From Mytilus trossulus (lineage: Eukaryota), in contig NC_086375.1 of NCBI RefSeq assembly GCF_036588685.1, positions 55,676,001 through 55,740,000 of the forward strand: 64,000 nt of DNA, given 5' to 3'. The position numbers and the translations under genes were made by a program. The first letter of the stretch is position 1. Each line of letters begins with the position of its first letter. A model generated the notes under the pieces. That model was not told the DNA's origin, ran no database searches, and worked only from the letters and a program-made list of their open reading frames with translations. Positions 26,501 to 36,780 of this stretch are shown here, piece after piece.

Positions 26501-28182
26501 TAATGAATTATCAATCATAACATGTATATAAGTGATGTCCCCTGCTCACCGCGGGAAGATAGAAGAAGGCCTACAAGATACATCTCCAAAATTTTGCATG
26601 ACCGTATCCGTACCTCTGTCTGTCGGACATCTGCCACATAGTTATACTCGTTCTGTATAGAATCCGTGGTGACACTGATTTTACACGATTTTATGGTACA
26701 TTAGTAAGCTATGCTGTTATGCTTCAGGACACTGACATTGCGATATGTATGGCCTTCGATAATTAAAAACTAGACTCCTCGGCCCGTTTCAATGTGCAAT
26801 ATGTCCATCGTGTTACAATGAAGTTTCATAACAATATATGAATCAAAATTAACATAACTGAACAACATTTATAACCAGATTTTACCAATGGTATAGTACA
26901 GTACATGTACAAGTATTAACTTACCTGTAAATCTAATTAGGAGCAATTATAAAATCGACGCAAACGAAAAAATGAAATCGGCGCAAATGAAAGAATGTAT
27001 ATTTTCAAAATCGGCGCAACTGTCATAGGCCCGAATTCATGATTATTCGTTGGGTACCAATTCTCGGGGTTTTCGTGGGTACAGGTGAACCACGAAATGA
27101 AAAGTTCAACGAATAACTAATTTTGAATAGGCTTGTAAGAAGTCTATAACAAACCCATGAAATTTAATATAAACGGACATGTAAGTTTTCCTATATCCAC
27201 TAAAATTGATACCTACGAAAATAAATGAATCCACAGTACTTGATTTATTGTAAATGTGTTTTCGGTTGGAACATGCATGATATATTTGCTACTGTACTTA
27301 AGAAAGCAAGCTATCAAACAATTCAATATATATGTAGATTGAATCACTAAGGTCTTCAGGTGGGGTTACTTTATAGAGCTAGTGTATTCGTATCGGTGAA
27401 AGTAAGAGGAAGTTTTCACAAAGGTATATAAACAACAGAAAATAGGCTGTCAAAATTAGTACATTACAGAATAAACTTATCATAGAGACCAGGACTAAAT
27501 ATTTTATATACGCCAGACGCGCGTTTCGTCTACAAAAGACTCAGTGACGCTCGAATCAAAAAAAGTTTAAAGGCCAAATAAAGTAAGAAGTTGAAGGGCA
27601 CTGAGGTCTAAAATTCCTAAAACAGAACCCATCCATAGAGACCAATTCCCATCACATTTGTAATCCATACCTGTTCCAGTCATGAATATTCGTGAAATTG
27701 ATTCATTATATGTTCAGTAGACGCCATTCCATTGAATTTAACAGCGCTTTCGAAAAATAAGAATAGTCTTCGAGAAGTAAATCATTGTACAACACGTAAA
27801 ACTTCATACTGATATTGTTACAGGTCTTTTTTAAAATGTCCAACATTTTTCGCTGAAATAATATTAAAAATCTATTAGATTCTGAACACGGTTTTTTACA
27901 AACTGAAAAGTTTTCTCTCGACATTATAGGCTGTGGAAGGCAAAATTAAAAGCATCCGCGTAAAGTTGTGCTCAGTCTTCTTCTTTTTTTTTACATTTAT
28001 AGAAAAGAGCATGTGAGCAAAATATATTTGTAGATTGTAAGTATTTCATGGAGTTTCATTATTTTTCTTTCAGTTGCTGGCTGGGTTGTTGTATTGCGCC
28101 ATGTTTTATCAAAAGTTGTAAAGATGTTATTCACATATGTCCAGACTGTAGTCAAGTAATTGGAAGATATCAGAAGCTGTAA
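23572..28182 (+). CDS. LITAF: LITAF/SIMPLE-domain protein, paralogue 4, short and lacking a Pro-rich N-terminus (103 aa)
   Basis: Exons 23572-23590, 23702-23885, 28074-28182 (phases 1 and 2, 312 nt). MEVERNDFGIFVHRRVSFTEIPSCEIIIFSKYSIHTKCRFCSLHIMTSLKYEAGKFAWLICLAFFLSGCWLGCCIAPCFIKSCKDVIHICPDCSQVIGRYQKL*. Absent from the ORF track. Confidence 0.88.
24516..27238. mobile_element. Nested stack: TA-flanked Tc1/mariner-type MITE containing a 9-bp-TSD MITE containing a HINE
   Basis: Outer ends TA|CTGTG...CACAG|TA with a ~35-bp TIR once rejoined. GAATTCATG is duplicated at 24522-24530 and 27033-27041. The inner element has repeated TTTGCGCCGATT/AATCGGCGCAAA motifs. Confidence 0.7.
24581..26352 (+). 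mobile_element. Helentron-associated (HINE/DINE-1/pearl-type) element with 3 x ~500-bp tandem core
   Basis: Subterminal IR AGCTCACC...GGTGAGCG, (CGTC)n microsatellite, cores starting at ~24664, 25165 and 25663, 3' hairpin GGCTCT-tt-AGAGCC, T-rich flanks. Confidence 0.85.
27475..27622 (-). mobile_element. Truncated retrozyme copy; hammerhead with 3-nt core deletion (27510-27550)
   Basis: The minus strand reads GCGTCA-CTGA---GTCTTTTGTAGAC-GAAA-CGCGCG-TC-TGGCGT. Confidence 0.8.
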
Positions 28183-28621
28183 CCTGCCATGGTATTATCC
28201 AATCGAGGGGGAATAGATCATACAGAAGTGTATATAAATGTAGACTATAGAGTTGAAATAATTGTTTTCATTATAAAACCAAAGAGGATATTGATGGTTT
28301 ATTGCCTATTCACTATTTATAATTTATGGATAACTGTCTTTGAAATATTGAGATATTTGAAGAAAAAAATGCAATTTATCAAATATCCATAGTAGTCATC
28401 ATTTCACACTATATCAACGAGTCATATCTTGTAGTCATAGTTTAACTGTAACTTTTCTGTCCTAATGCGGGCAATGTGATAAATTAATATTTTTTTGGTA
28501 TTTGTGATAACTGAAAAATTTGAATTTTAAAATTTGTTCCCTTTCAATACATCTTTTCGTGCTGAAATTTCGATGTATATTTTTCAAAGTCATTGCAAAA
28601 ATGTAAAGATATTTTTGTATT

Positions 28622-28867
28622 TACAGCTAATTTCCTAATGCATGTAAGGCAAAACTTTGGTTGGCTTGCTTGCTTTGTTTGTATAATTGTTTATACAAGC
28701 TTTATAAATAAGATTGACATATTTAAACAATATATATAGGCATAGTTTAACCTGTATATATAATATTTGAATTTAATTGGGTGTTATCCTAATGATTGTA
28801 CAATATAAAAACAAAGCAAGCAAGCTAACTAAAGTCTTGCTCTACATGCTTTAGAGAATTAGCTGTA
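28622..28867. mobile_element. TA-flanked MITE with ~70-bp inverted arms
   Basis: TACAGCTAATT...TTGCTTGCTTTG is inverted as CAAAGCAAGCAA...AATTAGCTGTA. Confidence 0.7.
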
Positions 28868-28879
28868 ACGATAAAAAGT

Positions 28880-29165
28880 TTGTGCTGACATGAATTAGCA
28901 TTGATATGGTTATATTTATAAATTAACTGTTTACAAAATTTAGATTTTTTTAAAATGCTAAGGCTTTTCTACCTCAGGTATAGATTACCTTAGCTGGATT
29001 TGGCAAAACTTTCGGGAATTTTGGTCCTCAATGCTCTTCAACTTCGTACTTTATTTTGACTTTTTAACTTTTTCGGATTCAAGCGTCACTGGTGAGTCTT
29101 TTGTAGACAAAACGCGCATCTGGCGTATATACAAAATTTAGTCCTGGTATCTATGATGAGTTTAT
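28880..29165 (+). mobile_element. Retrozyme copy with mutated hammerhead (29083-29126)
   Basis: The core reads CTGGTGA...ACAAAAC GCGCATC (substitutions in conserved boxes). The flanks closely match 12460-12690. Confidence 0.8.
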
Positions 29166-29279
29166 ATGTCATTCAATTTGTCAAGAAATAACTTTTAAAC
29201 ATTTAAAGAATATTTATATATAGCGAAATTTTCCAGAGGTGAAACACTTTTGATATCATTGTCGTCACATTAACCGTTA

Positions 29280-32069
29280 CACGAGTGTCATTCGGTTTAT
29301 CGAGAGAAATGAGCGTGAAAGAATATCTAACGGCGGTCAAGTATTGAGCGACGATCGTGAAAGTTCTGGTAACGGATCGTGAAAGACATTTAATCGAGAA
29401 GACATATGAAAGGTCAATACATATTATAATTAAATTAATTACACAGACAAATTTACGACAAAATAAAACTGTCTGTCAAAATGGTTCAACATTATGATCA
29501 GTATGTGAAAATATCCAGTTTTAAAAGTACATAGTTATTACAAAACAACAAAAGGCAGATTGCTTCTCGACATTTCAATGACATAAAAAATGTAAACAAA
29601 CATGATTTTTTCACAAATTCGACTAGAAAACCTACTTCAATACGAATAAGAGAATTCTATTTGAATTAATCAAATGGTTGTTATAGTTATTTTGTATAAA
29701 CATAATCTGAAACTTGGTAAATAAAGAACTATTTACACAAAAATGAAAAATCTGATGCCACGAAGGCATTCAAATTGTTCTTCAATTATATCATGATAGT
29801 TAATATTTGTTATTAGTATTGAGAAAAGCTATATAGGTCAACATCCTCAATAGGTTTACGCTTTTAAAAGTATAAATATTTTCAGAAAATAAAATGTAAA
29901 ATAGTTGGATGATTGTAGGATGAAGCTTTTTATTGTCATGTGAAGTTCTCACTTATCACGAGTTATAGGATACCCACATTTGGTATATTGGATCCTATAA
30001 ACTACATGTCCGTCATGACAGGATTCACCTGACCCCGAATTTGCCTTATTTCATGGATGAAGATTCATTTTTGTGGTCAAGTCCGTATCGCGGATTCGTT
30101 AAGCTTTAGGATAAGTATCTGTTGTTATGATTGTGAGGTGTACATTTTCGACTTTTGCAAGGTTTCAACTGACATTGAACCCATTGTCATGCATCATTCG
30201 GCAATGCTCGTTTTATGTTGTCTAGCCTTTGGATATGTACCTGTATTCTATAGCGCCATGGTATTTCGTGTAATGTGTACATGTCTGTTTGCATGTTTCA
30301 TAAATGACCATAATGACGTCAATTGTATTTGATATATTGAATGATAGTAAGATGTCTATGTCTGGCTGTCGGTCAGGGTTCATATACTTTTGACCTTATG
30401 TTTCGAATTAATTGGCCAGCATAACTTTTATATTTGCCAGTTTCTAAGGCACTGCAAGGATCGGAACACATTTATTTGGTCCACGGGATATTTGTAGAGA
30501 TCTGTATGTCATGGTTCATCTGACCTTGCACTCTTTTTATTAACCATTGACAATCATAATTTAAAAAAAAATGTGGTATGATTGCCAAAGAGAAAATTAT
30601 CCACAAGAGACCAAAATGACACAGACATTAACAACTATAGGTCACCGTACGGCCTTCAACAATGAGCAAAGCCCATACCCCATAGTCAGCTATAAAAGGC
30701 CCCCATAGTGACAATGTAAAACAATTAAAACGAGAAAACTAACGGCCTTATTTGTATAAAAAAAATGAACGAAAACCAAATATGTAACACATAAACAAAC
30801 AACAACCACTGAATTACAGGCTCCTGACTTTGGACAGGCACATACATTAATAATGTGGCGGGGTTAGCCACGTTAGTGGGATCCCAACTATCCCCCGAGT
30901 CTGGCACAGTGGTATAACTGTTCAACATAAGAACGAACTATAAAAAACAATTGAAAAGGCTTAATTCATCAGATGGACAAAAATACATTAAGCGCATTAA
31001 GCGCATTTGACACTTCTAGTAAAACCCTTGATATTATAGACGTTCCATAAAATTATTTATCATAAGTAAAGCAGACGAGACATTACAGTATTTGCGATCT
31101 AGTATTCTATAATCTGTAGTATATACATGTAGTTAAATCAATCCACATCTGCGTTGTATATACATAACTTAAGAAAGTACTGTTGCACAAAATGTTGGTT
31201 ATCGTTCAATCTCAAATTACTCATGAAAGATGCTGTTTTGCTGTAATTTTTTGTTTGATGGATATCGTTTTGGTTTAAACGTTGCATATCCATATTATTG
31301 GCTATCAGTAAATAGTGTCAGTCTGCCAAAATTGCACTTGACCGATTCTCAGAGCTGAATCTTTCAAACTTATCTAGAGATGTTTTAGTTGTTGTTTTTT
31401 AACTTTCGATGTAAAGCGTTGAATAAAAAAAAAATATCTTTAATGTTTATCCTTATCAAAAAAGTAACAGGCTTCAACCAGTTGCAGGTTTATCAAATGG
31501 TAAAAGAAATACTGATTTCTAATTACTAGTAATAAGTCTGGTCACGCATTATCTTTCACGATCAAAATAATGCGTTGCCTGATCTTTCACGATCAAGTTT
31601 GATGGATATTCAACAAATTCAAGGTTTTCATATACAAATTAATGCTTTTAAGAGAAGAACATACCTTAATTTTACGGTACTATCAGATACACCAAACATT
31701 ACATTTCAAATATATCACGATAAACTGAAACATGACCATTATAGTAACAAAAAGCGTGTTATTTGTAATTAATTGCATATACATGCATTGCGCCTTTTGT
31801 GTTTTTTCATAAAGTACTGCATATTTTCTCTTTCTTATTTCACAAGTTATGTTGGGGAAGTTAAACCATTTTGACAGACAAATTTTTTTATTCGGATTTG
31901 TTCCGCGTTTGGAAAATTAAGCGATATTTTTAAAGATTCTGACCTAGAATGTCCGTTAAATGTCATTCAAGATCCGTTACCAGAGATTTCACGATCGTCG
32001 CTCAATACTTGACCGCCGTTAGATATTCTTTCACGCTCATTTCTCTCGATAAACCGAATGACACCCGTG
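29280..32069. mobile_element. 2.8-kb non-autonomous DNA transposon, CAC...GTG termini, 5-bp TSD (Transib/RAG-like signature)
   Basis: TSD CGTTA at 29275-29279 and 32070-32074. TIR CACG(A/G)GTGTCATTCGGTTTATCGAGAGAAATGAGCGTG... is near-identical over ~115 bp, with weaker similarity to ~290 bp. No transposase ORF. Confidence 0.8.
30570..30988 (+). repeat. Abundant SINE-like interspersed repeat (ATGTGGTATGATTGCCAATGAGACAAC family)
   Basis: Homologous copies or fragments at ~10545-10972(-), 19480-19625(-), 22925, 26405, 35470-35860, 38705-38810, 38970-39095(-) and 44835-44930. The class cannot be assigned by eye. Confidence 0.75.
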
Positions 32070-32690
32070 CGTTAGTTCTGTAATTCTTACAAATAATAAT
32101 TTTCATCGAAATAATCGAACTTGAAATGGTAAAACTTTCAGTAACTAAGCAACAGTTTATGAGACATGTATCTGTTTGAAGCATGTTCGTTGTTGATCTA
32201 AAGTGCACGATGTTTGGAAACGCTTCTCATGAAACTTTTGATTCGGGATCGTAGTGTCAACAACAAAAATAACGAACCAAAACTAAACTAACTGACACAT
32301 CATGAAGTATATATCTAGCCTTACTTTAACTTAATGGACAAACATATAAATCTTCCACAAACTGAAAGTAAACTCAAGATATCAATATAGTTTATTAGTA
32401 AACGTAAATTCTAAATTTGTTTTCACTTAAAACTGATTATCTACCTAGGTGTTATGTTTACTTTGATATTGTCCCAGTTTATCTTCCAAAACTTTTGTCA
32501 AAATAATAAAAGCTACTGTTCATAATAAACTGTCTTATTTCAGTGTATTCTATTTTTAGTATCGCGATATGCTCTGATTGAAATACAGGTCAATAATGTA
32601 TATATTTAACACTTTCAAGCATAACATATTTACATACGTGCTGGACGGAGGGAGTGAAATTGACCGGATGTAACGCACAATATCATAAAT

Positions 32691-34331
32691 ATGGCGACGA
32701 TAAGTAAAAGTTACATTTATACACCAGAGACAGTGGATATAATATACACATCGATACCCGATAAACTTAAAGAATTAGCAGAGGAATGTCCTGACAGGGA
32801 AGCCGTAATATTTTGTTCACCAGACGGTGATCGTTGTTCAATTACATACTGTCAACTGTACACAAAGGCAGAGTTGTTTGCTAAAAGAATACTTACATAT
32901 GGATTTGAGAGAGGAAGTATAATTGCGGTAGCTAATATAAACACACCAGAATGGCTTATTTGTACGTTTGGGCTACAAATGGCAGGACTTGTGCCATTAC
33001 ATTTTGCCTTTGCCAGGGAAAGTCCAAACAGCGTGGTAAATCTTTTGAATGGAGTCGGTAACTGTGTTGCAATCATCCTACATTCGAGCGATATTGGTAT
33101 TTCTAAGCAGTTTATTGAAACAATGGATACTAATGGCAAGGCTATCAGCACAAAAATCCCATCCTTACAATACGTCTTTCCAATGAACGATGAACAAATT
33201 CCTAGTGGTCAGTGTACAAGTTCTAACCTGCCGTATATTACTGCTGATGATGTATGTGGTATCTTTCTTACTTCTGGTAGTAGCGGCTTGGCCAAGGCTG
33301 TACCAATGACTCACAAGAGGATGATAGAAATGGGTGTCCATTGGGGGAAACTTCTTGATGTTCAGCCAGGGGAAAAATTCTACAACGACAAACCTTTCAG
33401 TTGGCAGGGCAGCTATCCATCAATATGGCTTGCAACTAAAGGATCTCGGGTGACAGCAACTGATATTTTCGCAATGAAATCTGTAGAAGATATCAATGAT
33501 TTTACTCTCCGTGTTTTGGAATCGGAATCTTGTGTCTCGGCTTTCCTTCTAACACCGTGTATATCGGACCTTCTAAGCAGAAAAGATTTAAGTGTTCGTG
33601 TATTTCCCCTTCGTGTTATCTGTACAGCAGGACTACCTGTGGATTCGTTTTGTGCAAATGTGATCGGTAGAACAGCTACTAAATTTGGAGTTGCTTACGG
33701 TTGTACAGAAATAGGATTTATGTGTAGCATTGTTGTTAACTCGAACGAGTACGAAAATTATGAAGTTGGGCAACCATTACCCGGTACAGAAATTAAAATA
33801 GTTGATGAAAATGAACATATTGTCCCAAAAGGCATAAATGGAGAAATCTATGTTCGTTCAAGATACCGATTTCTCGGCTATTTGAATGCCAAACAAAAAT
33901 CTGAACAGTGCTGTGACAAGACTGGTTGGTACAAAACTGACGATGTAGGATATGTCAAACCAGATAATAGCGTAGTGGTAACGGGACGCAAATCAGATAT
34001 GATGGTTATAGGTGGCGCTTTAGTATCACCGTCTTATATCGAAGGTGTTTTGAAGACACATACATCTGTGGCGAACGTTTACATATGTCCTGTTCACGAT
34101 AAACAGACATTTCAGCATGGTTGTGCCGCGATAATCTTAAAGAAAGACAAAACAGTTACAGGAGAGGAATTAGTGAATTTTCTAACGAAAGAAAAGGGAA
34201 AATATGCGGAGAGTTTTCTAGGAAACTTGCATGTTCCCAAAACATTTCTGTTCTTTGAATCATTTCCAAAAACTCACAGTGGAAAGCTTGATAGAAAAGC
34301 TTTAAAAGATGAAATAATGAAACGGCTATAA
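32691..34331 (+). CDS. Intronless ANL-superfamily adenylate-forming enzyme (acyl-CoA synthetase, ACSF2/FadD-like), 546 aa
   Basis: Single ORF with P-loop FLTSGSSGLAKAV, YGCTE, GEIYVRS, GWYKTDDVG, GRKSDM and catalytic-Lys motif PKTHSGKLDR. Confidence 0.93.
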   Translation: MATISKSYIYTPETVDIIYTSIPDKLKELAEECPDREAVIFCSPDGDRCSITYCQLYTKAELFAKRILTYGFERGSIIAVANINTPEWLICTFGLQMAGLVPLHFAFARESPNSVVNLLNGVGNCVAIILHSSDIGISKQFIETMDTNGKAISTKIPSLQYVFPMNDEQIPSGQCTSSNLPYITADDVCGIFLTSGSSGLAKAVPMTHKRMIEMGVHWGKLLDVQPGEKFYNDKPFSWQGSYPSIWLATKGSRVTATDIFAMKSVEDINDFTLRVLESESCVSAFLLTPCISDLLSRKDLSVRVFPLRVICTAGLPVDSFCANVIGRTATKFGVAYGCTEIGFMCSIVVNSNEYENYEVGQPLPGTEIKIVDENEHIVPKGINGEIYVRSRYRFLGYLNAKQKSEQCCDKTGWYKTDDVGYVKPDNSVVVTGRKSDMMVIGGALVSPSYIEGVLKTHTSVANVYICPVHDKQTFQHGCAAIILKKDKTVTGEELVNFLTKEKGKYAESFLGNLHVPKTFLFFESFPKTHSGKLDRKALKDEIMKRL

Positions 34332-35971
34332 AAGATGAACTTACATCGATTATATTTATATAAATGATAAATTATGTGTAGAATCTCTCTCTCCATATAT
34401 ATAAATGTACACTGAGTTTAGCTTTTAGAATGTTTAATTGATTTATCATGTTCATAGTGAAAAAGTTTCATATACTTATAGTAATTCAATTGTCAATTGA
34501 AACATCGTCTTACTTAGTTTGCAAAATTTACAGCATGTAATATTTCTCATTTACCTGTTAATTCTGTCTGTTTATACCAGAAAAAATATACAAAATAATT
34601 AAATTCTATATTATACTCGGTGTTTGTTACATTACGAAAACTGCTCATGTCTGTTTCGGGGTTAAATCATGTGTCGACATTTAGGGAATATGGCCATGAT
34701 GGTTTTAAAAACGAACTACACAAACACTCAGTTGTTCTCTAAAATTAATACCTTTGTGCATAAAGCGTTTCACAAAAAAAGAAGCCCTCAACTTACTGCG
34801 AATGATAGGACAAAAAAATTAAAAAAAATACTTGCAAAACAAACAATATTTCAATATTTTTTAAAAGGAAAAATGTTTTGATAGATTGTAATTAATCCTC
34901 GAAATACTCAACAAACCTTAAAGGGTTTTATAATATGCAGAGAGCATGGCACCGCTCTGTTGTTAATTGTTCTCATCGTTTATAGGCTTTTTCTTAAATA
35001 TGTGCACAGTTTACATGTTTAAGTTTGTGTTATGCCAGTTTAATTAAGTAACATTAGAATGAGCATTGTTATGATGTTGTATTATCATTGACAATTCTTA
35101 TTGCGGCAGAGTTTGTTTGATCCTGCACATTCAGTCATTCTTCGAGTCATTGACTGCATGTTTTGCACATACTGCATGTTATACTATTGGTGTTTTGATT
35201 TCAGCATTTGTATTGTACGTGTTATTTCAAATTTGCTTTTCCGAGATGCCAACACTCTCCTTTCAAGATTTTATATCTGTCAGCATGGTCAGTGGAATAA
35301 AGAGAAAAAAAACATAAAAAAGAATAATAAGAATTTGAACGGTATTAACAGATAATTAAAGCACTAAGAATTGAAAAAAAGATATATACAAGTATACATT
35401 ATAATAGAATACTGGCAGCTACGGAGAGCAAGCTCAAAGTACTAAACAAAGTTCAGGCCATCATAGCCTTAGGCCTACCGTACGGCCTTCAACAATGAGC
35501 AAATTCCATACCGTATAGTCAGCTACAAAAGACCCCGAAATGACAATGTAAAACAAATCAAACGAGAAAACTAACGGCCTTATTTACGTACAAAACATTA
35601 CCAATTATTTAACAAATAAACAAACGACAACCTCAGTATATTAGGATCCTGACTAGGGACAGGCACATGCATACATAATTTGTTGGGGTTAAACATGTCA
35701 GCGGGACCCCCAACTATCCCCTAACCTGGGACAGTAGGGTAATAGTTCAACATAAGAACGAACTATAAAAATCAATTGAAAAAGGCTTAACTCATCAGAT
35801 GGATAAAAAATTCAAATACTACAAATACAAGTTAACGTGGCCGGGTACTTATACATCCCAACAACCAAAAGAAGATTAGAAGACTGTACAGATCTTAGTC
35901 AAAATTGAATTTACTTAAATGAAAAAAAAACTTCTAGTTGATTATTTACAGAGAGATTCTAACTATTTAGT

Positions 35972-36623
35972 TTTTGTCGAGCCTGCAACTTTTGTTGCAG
36001 AAAGCTCGACATAGGGATAGTGATCCATCTGACCTTGACCTCATTTTCATGGTTCAGTGGTTATAGTTACGTTTTTGTGTTTTGGTCTGTTTTTCTTATA
36101 CTATATGCAATAGGTCTACTATAATTGGTGTATGGAATGATTGTAAAGTGAGCTGACAGGTGTCATCTGACCTTGACCTCATTTTCATGGTTCAGTGGTC
36201 AAAGTTAAGTTTTTTAGTTTTGGTCTATTTTTCTAATACTTTATGCATTAGGTCAACTATATTTGGTGTATGGAAATATTTTATGATCTATATGTCGGTT
36301 ACGCCAGTTTTATTTGACCTTGACCTCATTTTCACGGTCCATTGCTAAGTTTTAAGTGGTTGTGTCTTGGTCTGTTTTTCTTTATTTATAAGCAATAAGT
36401 CAACTATATTTGTTGTATTGAAGAATTGTTAGCTGTACATGTTTGCCTATCATTGTTCATCTGACCTTGACCTCATTTTCATGGTTCATTGATCAATGTT
36501 TCATTTTCTTGGTTAATGTTGAGTTTTTGTGACAGTTGAAATAAAGCTTTATATTTAGGTCTATCAAGATAGTATCAAGGATTAGAAAAGAAGGCGAGAC
36601 ATTTCAGTGTGTGCACTCTTGTT
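35972..36623 (+). mobile_element. HINE-like element with ~4 x ~145-bp core (TGACCTTGACCTC family)
   Basis: 5' TGTCGAGC..GCTCGACA hairpin, cores at ~36028, 36166, 36314 and 36460, 3' GGCGAGAC..AGTGTGTGCACT. A degraded relative lies at ~43968-44200. Confidence 0.75.
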
Positions 36624-36629
36624 CTAGAT

Positions 36630-36780
36630 AAAATTACTTAATCTATCTAGTTAAAATGACGAGTATTTCTTATTAAAATCACAAGTCATTCTTGTTAAAA
36701 TGACGAGTTTTTCTTGTTAAAATTACTAGTCTTTCTACAGTTAAAATTGCTAGTTTTTCTAATTTAAATGACTATGCTTA
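36630..36780. repeat. ~22-bp degenerate minisatellite (TTAAAATGACGAGTTTTTCTTG)
   Basis: About six consecutive imperfect units. Confidence 0.7.

Noticed and set aside
34320-34331. C-terminal KRL of the ligase as a peroxisomal PTS1, implying a luciferase-like enzyme
   Set aside because: Lys at -3 is non-canonical and no luciferase-specific evidence is visible.
29280-34331. Ligase gene captured by the CAC/5-bp-TSD transposon
   Set aside because: The gene starts ~620 bp outside the right TIR and TSD.
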